From: Nitrospirota bacterium
GTDB taxonomy: Bacteria > Nitrospirota > JACRHJ01
Direction of reading: 5' to 3'
Length of the DNA: 64,000 nucleotides
Assembly (NCBI GenBank): GCA_963733375.1
Contig: CAVTDB010000003.1
Coordinates: forward strand, 32,001-96,000
A model generated the notes under the pieces. It was not told where the DNA came from, ran no database searches, and worked only from the letters and a program-made list of their open reading frames with translations. The translations under genes were made by a program, and so were the position numbers. Shown piece after piece: positions 45,072 through 55,111 of this stretch. Numbering within the stretch: the stretch's first letter is position 1; the number at the start of each line of letters is the position of its first letter.

Positions 45072-48000
45072 TCAGTTAGGGTTGATAGTTACTTGTAAAT
45101 AGACTTTGCCCTCGCCGCCCGGCGCCAGGGTGCCGCTAACGATGAACACCGCGCTACCCCCGGACAGGTTGTCCGAGACCGGCGTTGCGGTGGCGTAGGT
45201 CGAGCTTGCGTTCCCGGCCCTCATGCTCCCGGTAACATACGACGTGTAGGTAGGGATATTGTCGGTTATGATTATTAAAGCGGCGTCGCCCGTGCCGTCG
45301 TTTTTGTAGTCTACCGTGTACGTAAGCGTGTCACCCGGTTTGGGCGTGGGCTTGTCTACCGTTTTTGTCAGCGTTATGTGCGGGTTCGTTACCGTAACCC
45401 CCGCAGTGCCGCCGGTGGATTGGACGGGGTATCCGGTCGGCGTGAACGATGCGTTATTGAGATACGTGCCGGATGCCGCAGCCGCCGTGGACTGGAAATT
45501 AAGCGTCAATGCGCCGGTCGCGGGAAGCGTCCATGAGCCGCTCCAGGTAATCGTTCCGGTCGTACCGGCAGGGTTGGCCGTCGTCATGCCCGTGGTCGTG
45601 CCCGTCCGGTATGAGAACCCGGCGGGGAGCGTGTCCGTGACGCTTGTGACCGGTATGCTCAAAGGTCCTGTGTTCGTCATGGTGATCGTGTAGCTTACCG
45701 TCCCTGCCGCCGTGGTAGTGGACGGGGACGCGCTTTTGGTTATGCCGAGCGCAAAAACGGTCACGGGCGCGGTGTCTCCGGTGGGGTAAGTCGTCTGCCC
45801 GCTAACCGTCCATGTAGCGTTATTGTAATATGTGCCCGTTGTCGGGCCTGCATATGCGTGGAAGACGAGCGTCAGCGAGCCGCCGTTCCTGCCGATAGCC
45901 CAGTTCCCGCTCCACGTAAGCACCTGGCCGGCCACGGCCGGGTTGTTAGTCGTCGTGCCCGTGGTCGAACCGCTTATGTAAGAGAACCCGGCCGGCAGCG
46001 TATCTACAACTCTTGTGACGGTCCTGTTGTTCCCGCTGTTGTTTGTCATCGTGATGGTATAGACCACCTCTCCGCCGGGCAGTACCGCCGAAGGGCTGAC
46101 GGTCTTGTTTATGTCATAGGTGGAGACGATGACCGGCGCCGTATTGGAGATAGTCTGCACCCCGCAGCCCGTCGCCGTGAATGTCGCAGTGGGGTTGTTA
46201 TACGTACCGTTCGTGTTGTTCACGGTGACATCGAAATTGAGCGTTAAGGTGCCGTTGGCGGGCAGAGTCCAGGAGCCGTTCCATGTAAGCGTTCCGGTCG
46301 TCCCGGTCGGGTTGTTCGTCGTCATGCCGTCGGTCGTGCCGCTGACATACGTGAAATTGCCTCCGGTCGAGTTGAGCGTATCCGTCACCCGTGTGACGGG
46401 TATGTCAGACGGGCCTGTGTTTGACAGCGTAATCGTGTAGGTTACCGTCCCGGCGTGGGCGACCTCGCCCGGAGCCACCGTCTCGGATATGCCCAGGTGG
46501 AAGACCGTAACAGGCGCGGTATCCCCGGTTGACTGGACCGGATAGCCGGTCGGGGTGAAAGAAGCGTTGTTGTTATACGTGCCATCCGTACCGCTCGCCG
46601 TGGCGGAGAAGTTAAGCGTCAGCGTGCCGCCGTTCGCGGGCAGCGTCCATGAACCGTTCCATGTAAGCGCCTGGCCGGCCACGGCCGGGTTGGCGGTCGT
46701 CATGCCGGTGGTCGTGCCCGCATTGTAGGAGAACCCCGCCGGGAGCGTATCCGTTACGCTTGTGACCGGTATCGACGCGCTGCTCGGGTTTGTCATCGTG
46801 ATGGTATAGGATGCGGTCCCGCCGGCAATGACCGAGGCTGAGGCCGCGGTCTTGGCTATGTTTAAATGAAAAACCGTAACGGGGGCGGTCGGGCCCGTGG
46901 TAGTGTCCGGATATCCGGTGGCGGAAAACGACGCGTTGTTGTTATACGTGCCGTCGGTAGAGCTCGCCGCGGACTGGAAGTTGAGCGTGAGGGTTCCGTT
47001 CGCGGGCAGCGTCCAGCTTCCGTTCCACGTGAGCGTCTGCCCGGCCACGGCCGGGTTGGCCGTCGTCATGCCGGTCGTCGTGCCCGTCTTGTATGAAAAG
47101 CCCGCCGGGAGGGTATCTACCACGCTTGTAACTGTCGTGGCGGAGCCGCTGTAGCTGGTCAGGGTCATCGTATAGCCTACGGTACCGCCCGCTATGACCG
47201 CTGACTGGCTCGCGGTCTTTGCCATTTTTAGGGTAAATACGCTGACAGGCGCGGTCGGTCCTGTGGAGGTGCTGGGGTATCCGGTGGCTGCGTAAGATGC
47301 GGTGTTGGTGAAAGTCCCCACGGACGAGCCCGCGGCGGACTGGAAGTTGAGCGTGAGGGTGCCGTTCGCGGGCAGCGTCCAGCTTCCGTTCCACGTGAGC
47401 GTCTGTCCGGCCACGGCCGGGTTGGCCGTCGTCATGCCGGTAGTCGTGCCCGTCTTGTAGGAAAAGCCCGCCGGGAGGGTATCTACCACGCTTGTGACAG
47501 TTGTGGCGGAACTGCTGACGCTGGTCATTGTAACCGTGTATGTTACCGTCCCGCCGGTCTGGACAGTGGACGGGGTTACCGTCTTAGCCGCCGAGAGGTT
47601 AAGTATCGCGTCGGTATCCGTGGCGGTGTTGTTTGTCAGGACCGGGTCCGTAGTGTTGTACGGGGGATTGACCGTGACGGAATTCACGATTGTCGGGCTG
47701 CCTCCCTGTACGGTCCCTTGCAGCGTCAGCACCGCACTCTGCCCGGAGGCGAGGTTGATCCCGCTCCAGTACTGCGTCGTGCCGTTGTATATGCCCCTGT
47801 CCGGGCTGAAGACCGGGCTCTGGAGGTTTGCCGGGATTGTGTCCCTTACCCAGCAGCTCGATATGCTGCTCGGCCCGTTGTTGGTGACTGTTATGATATA
47901 GGTGGCCGCGCTTCCGGGCAGAGCCGTCGTCTGGTTGTCGGTCATTGCGATTGACAGGTCCGCCTGGGGGGTGAGGGCGTCGCTGTCAGTGGCCGCGTTG

Positions 48001-50297
48001 TTCGCTGAATTGGTGTCCGTAATTCCCGGCGGCGGCGTTACGGTCGCGGTAACAGAGAGCGTCCCCGTGGCCGCCGGGTCTATGGTACCCGCAATGGTAA
48101 GGGTAACGTGCTGCCCTGACGCGAGGCTCAGGCCGGTCCACGCGCCGGTGCCCGAGTTGTACGCCCCGGTCGAAGCCGTATATAAAGGGGACTGTACCGA
48201 AGTTGGCAGGGGAACACTCAGCGTAAGGCTCGTAACGGCGCCCGGCCCGTTGTTGGTGACCGTGACGGTATAGCTGTCGGCGTTGCCTGGTATGATGCTC
48301 GTCACGCCGTCCGTTATTGCTACGCCGAGGTCCGCGTTGACGGGAGATGTGCTTCCGATTGCCTGCACGGAAGGGTCCGTCCCGGCGGTGCCGTTGGGAT
48401 AGATGGTGGCCGTGTTGGTTATCGGCAGGGAGGCGGTCGGGCACGTCGATTTGAAAACGACCGTGACCGTATCGCCGGCATTGACCACGCCCGATGCCCT
48501 GCCCGGGCCGTTTATCAGCCGGCCCGGGGTCGAAAAAGGCATGTTCCCGCCCACGTCGGCGACGGCGCCGCCGTTCATTTTCGTGGACCCGGCTACATAT
48601 GCCGTGCCGGCGGGTATGCCGTCAAGAAGCCACGACCCGGCAGTGTTCGTCAGGCCGGTATTTGAAGCCGTTATGGTCCATGTGATAGTCGCCGTGCCGC
48701 CGACGGTGCTCACGCTCGCGGTCTTGGCGGTATCGAGCCTGTCTACCAGCGTCGCGGTCGTGTAGTTGGAGGTCGTGGTAGCCTGGAGAGGAGCTGACAG
48801 AGCAGTTGGTTAAAAAATTGTACGTCCAGCTCGAATTGGTGACATAAGACGCAGCCGCGGGCGAGGGCGGCACCGCATTAACCGCTGCCTGGTACTGGAC
48901 CCACAACTGGGCGCCCACGGCGATGCCGCCGATATTGAAGCCGGCGGATGGGTTTGCGCCGGACAATGTGGTATAGGTGACGCCGTCCGTGCTGGTTTTC
49001 GCGGTCCCAGGGATGAACGATGTATACGGCGGCGGGACTGATGTATATATCACGTTTTGCGCGCTTGTCGAGCCGGCGGTGTTGTCGAGCCTTGTAGTGT
49101 ATGTCAGGGTATCGCCCACATGGGTCGTTGTCTTGTCGACGGTCATGACGGTTGTGGGGAAAGTTGGCGCGCCGACGTCCACCTGTATTCCGATGGAGCT
49201 TATGGTGTACGCGTCCTGGTTTGAAGTACCCTGGGCGCTGGCCTCGGTCTGACCGTGCTGGAGTATGCCGGAGACGTCAACGTTTGTTATGTCCCAGCCA
49301 TGACGCGTCCCATTTGTGGCCGCGCCGCTGCCAGTGGTGGTGGTAGGTGTGTCGTTCAGGCTGCCGAACGTCCCGGACGTATCGACGGTGCCGTTGTCCT
49401 TGTTTATCTGGCTTGCGAAGAAGTTGCTCGCAAGGTTGTTCGGTCCGGATACCGGCTGCATGGCGCCGACCGGCCCGAAAAGCATCTGGTCGCCAGCGAT
49501 GAACGAGTCGCCCTCCATGGCGCTTACCATCAGGCGGGCGTTTATAGTGCCGGCGCTGTTCACGCAGAAGCCGCTCACCGCGTATCGCGGAGGAGTACCC
49601 GCTCGCCGCGTGAACTCGCAGCCGACGAATACAGACATGCTCCTTATCGGCAGGGTGGTGTTCCTGTAGACCACCGCGAGCGTCCAGCCCGCGCAGTTGC
49701 TGTTGTTTTCATTCGGGTCGCTCGTCGCTGGGACGCCGCCCACGGTGTATGTCCCGGCGCCGGCTGACTGCACGTAGGCGGTCACGTCCGCCGAAGCCGA
49801 CATAGTAGTATTGGCCTCCGGTATCCCCGGTACGTCTTTTGCCGTCGCGGCATCAGGCGCGACTGAATAAGTGCCGGAGGGTGTCGCCATCGTTACGCTG
49901 CTGTCCAGCGACGACGACACGTTCTGGTTTGCGGTCTGCATAACAGCCGCCCCAGATAAGCTCGGCGTAAAGGATGGTGCTCCCCGCCGGTATGTTGAGC
50001 TGCGCTGCTGACGAGTTCTGGGACCACGTGAGTGTCGTCCCGGCCGGATAATGTGCCGACCTGTGAAGAAGGGTTGGTGGTTATGAATGCGCCTATGGCG
50101 CCCGCCGCTCCAGGGTTGTTCTGGTTCGCTATCTTGTCGAGACCGAGCGTGTTGCCGGTAAAGGTCATTGCGCCCGTGTCGACCGCCGTGAAACGCGTGA
50201 TATATGAGGCATGCGCCGGGACCGCGAGACAAAGGACCGCCATCGCCGCAAAGCATATCGCCGTAATGGCCGTGACTAAAACTTTTGACTTTCGCAT
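45072..50297 (-). CDS. Large DUF11-repeat adhesin, about 1740 aa (frameshifted into 3 or more ORFs)
   Basis: Signal peptide ending AHA, N-terminal head (TFTGNT, AGWTLAVVY, EGD, GWDI), about 11 Thr-rich DUF11 domains. Confidence 0.85.
45390..47600 (-). repeat. Six tandem repeats of about 360 bp / 120 aa (DUF11)
   Basis: Recurrent DTLPAGFSY..GTTTGMTTANPAVAGQTLTWNGSWTLPANGTLTLNF; DNA at about 46970-47130 and 47330-47490 is near-identical. Confidence 0.85.
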
Positions 50298-50308
50298 ACT
50301 TTTAATCT

Positions 50309-50530
50309 CTATACGCAGGAGTTAAACCGCTTGATCCGGTCGTCCAGCCAGAACTCTTCCGCCTGTGCCAGACGTGCAAAGTCCAGCGACCCTACGATAT
50401 GGCGTTCCGCATCGGTTAAGTCATACCCCTCTTCGATGCAGACCGCGTCCAATTCACGTGAAGCCCTTTCACGAAAACTAGCATCGGTAACAAGGCGCCC
50501 GATGAACTGCTCTACTGCTTTTTGAGACAT
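50309..50530 (-). CDS. Os1348-family / NHLP-clan small protein
   Basis: MSQKAVEQFIGRLVTDASFR...GYDLTDAE resembles nitrile-hydratase-leader-like proteins; GAGG RBS. Confidence 0.75.
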   Translation of the reverse strand: MSQKAVEQFIGRLVTDASFRERASRELDAVCIEEGYDLTDAERHIVGSLDFARLAQAEEFWLDDRIKRFNSCV

Positions 50531-50604
50531 GGCGATTTTCCTCGGTTAAATTAAACAGCTAATGATTATTAGATTAGAAACGTTATTCCTAGTACATTAA
50601 TATT

Positions 50605-50621
50605 AGCAAGAGTCGTGCCAA
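50605..50621 (-). promoter_or_regulatory. sigma54 (-24/-12) promoter
   Basis: Minus strand TTGGCACGACTCTTGCT matches the TGGCACG-N4-TTGCW consensus, about 75 bp upstream of the operon start. Confidence 0.88.
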
Positions 50622-50673
50622 AAAAAAATACCTTGAAATTCAAATAGTTATTATAAAAGCAGATGACGTGGCC

Positions 50674-50827
50674 TGGCCCATTCAGGGCCAATGATTTCTC
50701 GATGTACGCCTTGACGATGCCCGATTAGGTGCGAGAGGAGCGGAATTAAAGGAAATTTCTCTGAAAAATTAGATAGTTGACTATGGGGGGAACTAACGGC
50801 GGAAAGGTTTTGGCCCAAATTGGGCCA
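50674..50827. promoter_or_regulatory. Two candidate enhancer (UAS) palindromes TGGCCC-N5-GGGCCA
   Basis: TGGCCCATTCAGGGCCA (50674-50690) and TGGCCCAAATTGGGCCA (50811-50827), upstream of the sigma54 promoter. Confidence 0.6.
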
Positions 50828-50847
50828 TAATCCCAAATCTTCAGGTC

Positions 50848-52236
50848 CTAATTATCTTTTTCCATTGACGTTTTTTTCCGGTTGAACATCTTCCGGTTAA
50901 TCTTCAGACGCTGTGCGGCAAGCGACTTGTTGCCGTCGCAGCTTTTCAGCGTCTCCTCCAAAACCCGGTTTACCACGGCTTCGAGAGAAAGCTCGCCTTC
51001 ATTAAATTTGAGATGGAAGTCCACGCCGCCATCCGATGCGGCCTTGTTGTCTTTATAAATTACGAGGTGCTCCGGGCGGACCAGTTCTCCGTTTACAAGG
51101 ATAGCGGCCCGCTCCAGACAGTTTCGCAGTTCCCGTATATTTCCGGGCCAATCATATGCCATGATCACTTCCATGGCCTTGCGGGATATTCCGGGAAGGT
51201 CCTTTCCCTGGTGTTGGCGGAATTGGGGCAAAAATTGCTCCACGAATAACAGGATGTCTTCCTTCCGTTCTCTGAGAGGCGGGATAACGATGGGGAAGAC
51301 ATTCAACCGGTGGAACAGGTCTTCCCTGAATTTTCCCTGCCGGACAAGGGCTTCAAGGTCCCGGTGGGTTGCCGCGATTACGCGGAAGCCAACCGGCAGC
51401 AGCCGGTCGGAGCCGATTTTATAATAGACGCGCTCCTCAAGGACCCTGAGGAGCTTGACCTGGAGGGGAAGCGGCATGTCGCCTATCTCGTCTAACAGCA
51501 TGGTGCCGCCATCGGCCAGCGCGAACTTGCCGTCCCTGTCCCTGTCGGCCCCGGTGAAGGCTCCCCTGACATGGCCGAAAAGCTCGCTTTCCAGGAGGGT
51601 TTCGGGGACCGCCGCGCAATTGACCGCCACGAAATTGGACGGCATGCCGCCGCTCGCAAAATGGATGTCCCGCGCCAGGACCTCCTTTCCAACTCCGCTT
51701 TCGCCGTAGATGGCAACGGTGGTACGCGGCGAGGCCGCCACCATTTCAGCGGCTTTCAACGCCTCGCTCATAGCCGGGGAATGGGTCATTATAGACTGGA
51801 AAAGGTGGCGGCTTACCACATATTCCTTGAACTTCTTATTCGAGCTGTTCTCTATCGTCAGACGGCCAAATTCCAGCGCCCGTTTTATTACCACGTCCAG
51901 TTCGTCGCGGGAAGCAATCCTTTTTCAGGTAATCGAATGCGCCGCTCTTCATGGCTTTGACGGCTGTCTCCACGTCGCCCTGGGCGGTAAAGATAATAAA
52001 CGGCGTATCGGATCCTTTTTCGCCCGTAAAACGCGAGCAGCTCCAGTCCGTCCATCCCCGGCATAACGAGGTCGGAGATAATAAGCTGGTAAGGCTATCC
52101 TTCTCCAAGGAGTGCAATTGCTTTTTCCGCGGAGCGCGCCAGGGTAATCTCGTACCCAAGGTCACTCAACTGGCTCTTCAATAATCTGGCGCTGGCTGGC
52201 GTTGTCTTCCACGATGAGGATGCGGGCGGCGGTCAT
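50848..52236 (-). CDS. NtrC-family sigma54-dependent response regulator (frameshifted)
   Basis: REC start RILIVED, GESGVGKE, ESELFGHVRGAFTGA, LLDEIG, WPGNIREL and Fis-type HTH. Confidence 0.92.
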
Positions 52237-52541
52237 GATAACGTACTCGCTTTGGGTTCAGCCTTTTCGCCTGAACAAGACGCAAAGGCAATTACTAATT
52301 CTACGCTAATAGGCACCGTTGGCATTCTAACCTATTGCGGAATAATTTTCAATCACGATGATGTCATCGAGACCTCGCAACTGCCGCTGAACGCTTTTAT
52401 GTCGATTTGACATAAATTATCTGCGGCGTACACTTTTAAATAATATTCCGGGGCGCCACGGACAGGCGGGGATTCATGAAATTTTCCGCGATGGCGGCAA
52501 GCGCCGAAAGCCGCTTATAACCTTAGCCGGAGAAGACCACG

Positions 52542-53493
52542 ATGGCAGAACCTGAAAATTTCATCAAGGACGGGGAGATGATATATCGCACGCTTGGGCG
52601 TACCGGGGAGAGGATATCGGCCATAGGCCTGGGCGGCTACCATATCGGTGGCGTAAAAAGCGACGGCGAGAGCATAAGGATTATCCGCTCCGCTATCGAC
52701 AGGGGCATCACCTTCATGGACAATTCCTGGGACTACCATGACGGCACGAGTGAAAAGAGGATGGGAGAGGCCCTCAAGGACGGATACCGGCAGAAGGTAT
52801 TCCTGATGACAAAGTTCGATGGACGTACAAAAAATGAGGCGATGAAGCAGATAGACGAGTCGCTTAAAAGGCTGAAGACAGACCACCTGGACCTCCTGCA
52901 GATCCATGAGGTTATCAGGCTCGAAGACCCCGACAGGGTTTTCGCCGAGGGCGGAGCGATAGAGGCGCTGACTGAGGCAAAGAAATCGGGAAAGACAAGG
53001 TTTGTGGGTTTTACAGGGCATAAAGACCCGATGGTGCACATGCGTATGCTGGAGCAGGCCGCGGAGCATAATTTCCATTTCGATACGGTCCAGATGCCCC
53101 TGAACGTGATGGACGCCCATTTCCGCAGTTTTGAAAAAATAGTCCTGCCCGTTCTGGCGCAAAAGGGCATCGGCGTGCTGGGGATGAAGTCAATGGGCTC
53201 TTCCGTTATTCTGGAAAGCAAGTCGGTCAAGCCAATCGAATGTCTGCACTACGCCATGAACCTTCCGACATCAACCGTCATCACCGGTATTGACAGCATG
53301 GAAATTCTTAAACAGGCGTTTGAGGCTGCAAGGACTTTTAAGCCGATGACGAGAGTCGGAAGTGGCGAAATTACTGGCACGGACGGCGGAAGCCGCGAGA
53401 GGGGGTAAATACGAGCCTTTCAAGACTTCCGACGAGTTCGACAGCACGGCCCATAATCCCAGGTGGCTGGGACCTATACCGAAGGCGCCTTAA
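52542..53493 (+). CDS. Aldo/keto reductase (frameshift near the C-terminus)
   Basis: YRTLGRTG, IGLGG, DNSWDY, FLMTK, SLKRLKTDHLDL and GFTGH. Confidence 0.9.
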
Positions 53494-54237
53494 CTATGCC
53501 GTTACAGTGGCTTTAGCCTCTTTGTCGAAAGGGTTTGTCCTGAACTCAAGCGAAAAAAGAAATGGATACTGTTCATTTAAGTGCTTGATATAGGCCACCC
53601 ACTCGACAAGCAACAGGCTGTAAGCCCGCTCGATGTCTCCCGCCAGGTGTTTGCCGTCCGTAACCGGGATATCGTCAAGGTTGCCCCTTCGCGCCAGCTC
53701 TTCCATCAGATGAAAAATCGCCCAGAGCAGGTCGGTAAAGGTTTCATGTTCCAGGAGGTTCGGGTTTTCAAGGAGCCCAAGGAGGAACTGCCTTTTCTCT
53801 AGCAGGATATTTCTCAGCTCGCCAAGGTCCCCAAGCTTATAATCTATATCGAGCGCATGGGCGGAAATCTTTCTTGAAAGCGAGTCGAAATCCTCCGGCT
53901 TCCATTCGGACGATAAACTATAAACCTTTGAGAGCCCTTCCCTGTCCGGGTCGAACTCCTGGAATTTTTTCAGCATGTCTCTGCCTATCTCGCTGAAGAA
54001 GACCCCGATTACCATATTCATCTTATTAAGCCGCAGTTCCCGCTCTTTCCTGTCCAATAGCTTATGGATTATCAGTGTGACTACCAGGACCTCGACCGGC
54101 AGGAAGGCCAGCTCACCGACCAGATAAATAAAAATATGACGGAGGTCGTGAAATAAGAGGTAATGCAGGAAGTATAATGCGGCGGCAAGGAGCAGCAGGA
54201 TAATGCCGAATTTAATCTGCCAGCGGTCTTTTCTCAT
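53494..54237 (-). CDS. Conserved hypothetical membrane protein
   Basis: Two N-terminal TM helices, KMNMVIGVFFSEIG, LLENPNLLEHETFTDLLWA and RTNPF. Confidence 0.7.
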   Translation of the reverse strand: MRKDRWQIKFGIILLLLAAALYFLHYLLFHDLRHIFIYLVGELAFLPVEVLVVTLIIHKLLDRKERELRLNKMNMVIGVFFSEIGRDMLKKFQEFDPDREGLSKVYSLSSEWKPEDFDSLSRKISAHALDIDYKLGDLGELRNILLEKRQFLLGLLENPNLLEHETFTDLLWAIFHLMEELARRGNLDDIPVTDGKHLAGDIERAYSLLLVEWVAYIKHLNEQYPFLFSLEFRTNPFDKEAKATVTA

Positions 54238-54305
54238 GCGTGGATAATAGCGGGAAAAGAGGCCTTATGCAACTTTTTTTGGGAAAAATCAGGACGGCAA
54301 TCGTG

Positions 54306-55109
54306 TCATTTTGTTCGCCCCGAATTATTGGGGACCAGCCTGATAGCCAGACAGTCATATGCGAACCGGCCGCCTTCGTAGGAGACTTTTTCCCGCCGCA
54401 GAATGCGCCACTCGCCGTTCTGGTACACGCCGTCGGCGGCCAGCTTCTCTATAAGCCCGGTCGCGGTGTCGAGCCATTCCGCGAGTCTGGGATTGTGCGT
54501 AAGGGCAATCGGTTTCATATTCGGACTCGATATCAGGGTGACCGGCTCTACAATCAGGTTCGAAAGTTCGCGGAAGGAGACAGCTTCGGCGGCTGGCTTG
54601 GCTTGCAGCCGGATCATCCTGGCCCGCGCATCCGGCCCGGCCGTTTCCTTGGTGGCGTCAATTAAGTCGAGCAGATGGCTGCGAATATCGTTTAAGTCTT
54701 TCGCTTCTCGCAATTTTTCGAGGCCGGGATAGGTTTCAAGCGCCTTGGCGAGCATGGATATCTCGCGCAGGTAATGGTTCCTCTGGTTATCCGGGACCAG
54801 GTACATGACGACCAGCGACACGGGCTTTCCGTCCGGCGCTCCGTAATCGATACCCGCCGGGCTCCATCCGATCACGCACATGAGGTCTTCATCGAACGGT
54901 ACGCGCGCATGGGGGCAGGCCCATCCCTTGCCGAGCGCGGTGTTGGTCTCCTGCTCCCTGTCCATGACATGTCCGACCACGTCCGTCCCGGCAGGAACTT
55001 CCGGAAAGGCTTCGATGATATGCGCTAAAAACTGTAACGCGTGCCCCTTATCGTTTTCAGGCAGTTCGAACAGCCTGCCTTCCTGAATGGCATCCAAGAG
55101 GCTATCCAT
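54306..55109 (-). CDS. PTS EIIA (PtsN/fructose-type) domain protein with C-terminal extension
   Basis: REQETNTALGKGWACPHAR and GIDYGAPDGKPV. Confidence 0.82.
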   Translation of the reverse strand: MDSLLDAIQEGRLFELPENDKGHALQFLAHIIEAFPEVPAGTDVVGHVMDREQETNTALGKGWACPHARVPFDEDLMCVIGWSPAGIDYGAPDGKPVSLVVMYLVPDNQRNHYLREISMLAKALETYPGLEKLREAKDLNDIRSHLLDLIDATKETAGPDARARMIRLQAKPAAEAVSFRELSNLIVEPVTLISSPNMKPIALTHNPRLAEWLDTATGLIEKLAADGVYQNGEWRILRREKVSYEGGRFAYDCLAIRLVPNNSGRTK

Positions 55110-55111
55110 TA

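Noticed and set aside
45390-47600. CRISPR array or DGR template/variable repeat
   Set aside because: The repeats are in-frame 360-bp coding units differing mostly at synonymous sites; there are no spacers, cas genes or reverse transcriptase.
52250-52330. GACGCAAAG motif suggesting a c-di-GMP riboswitch
   Set aside because: The preceding GCAAACC / GNRA hairpin is missing.
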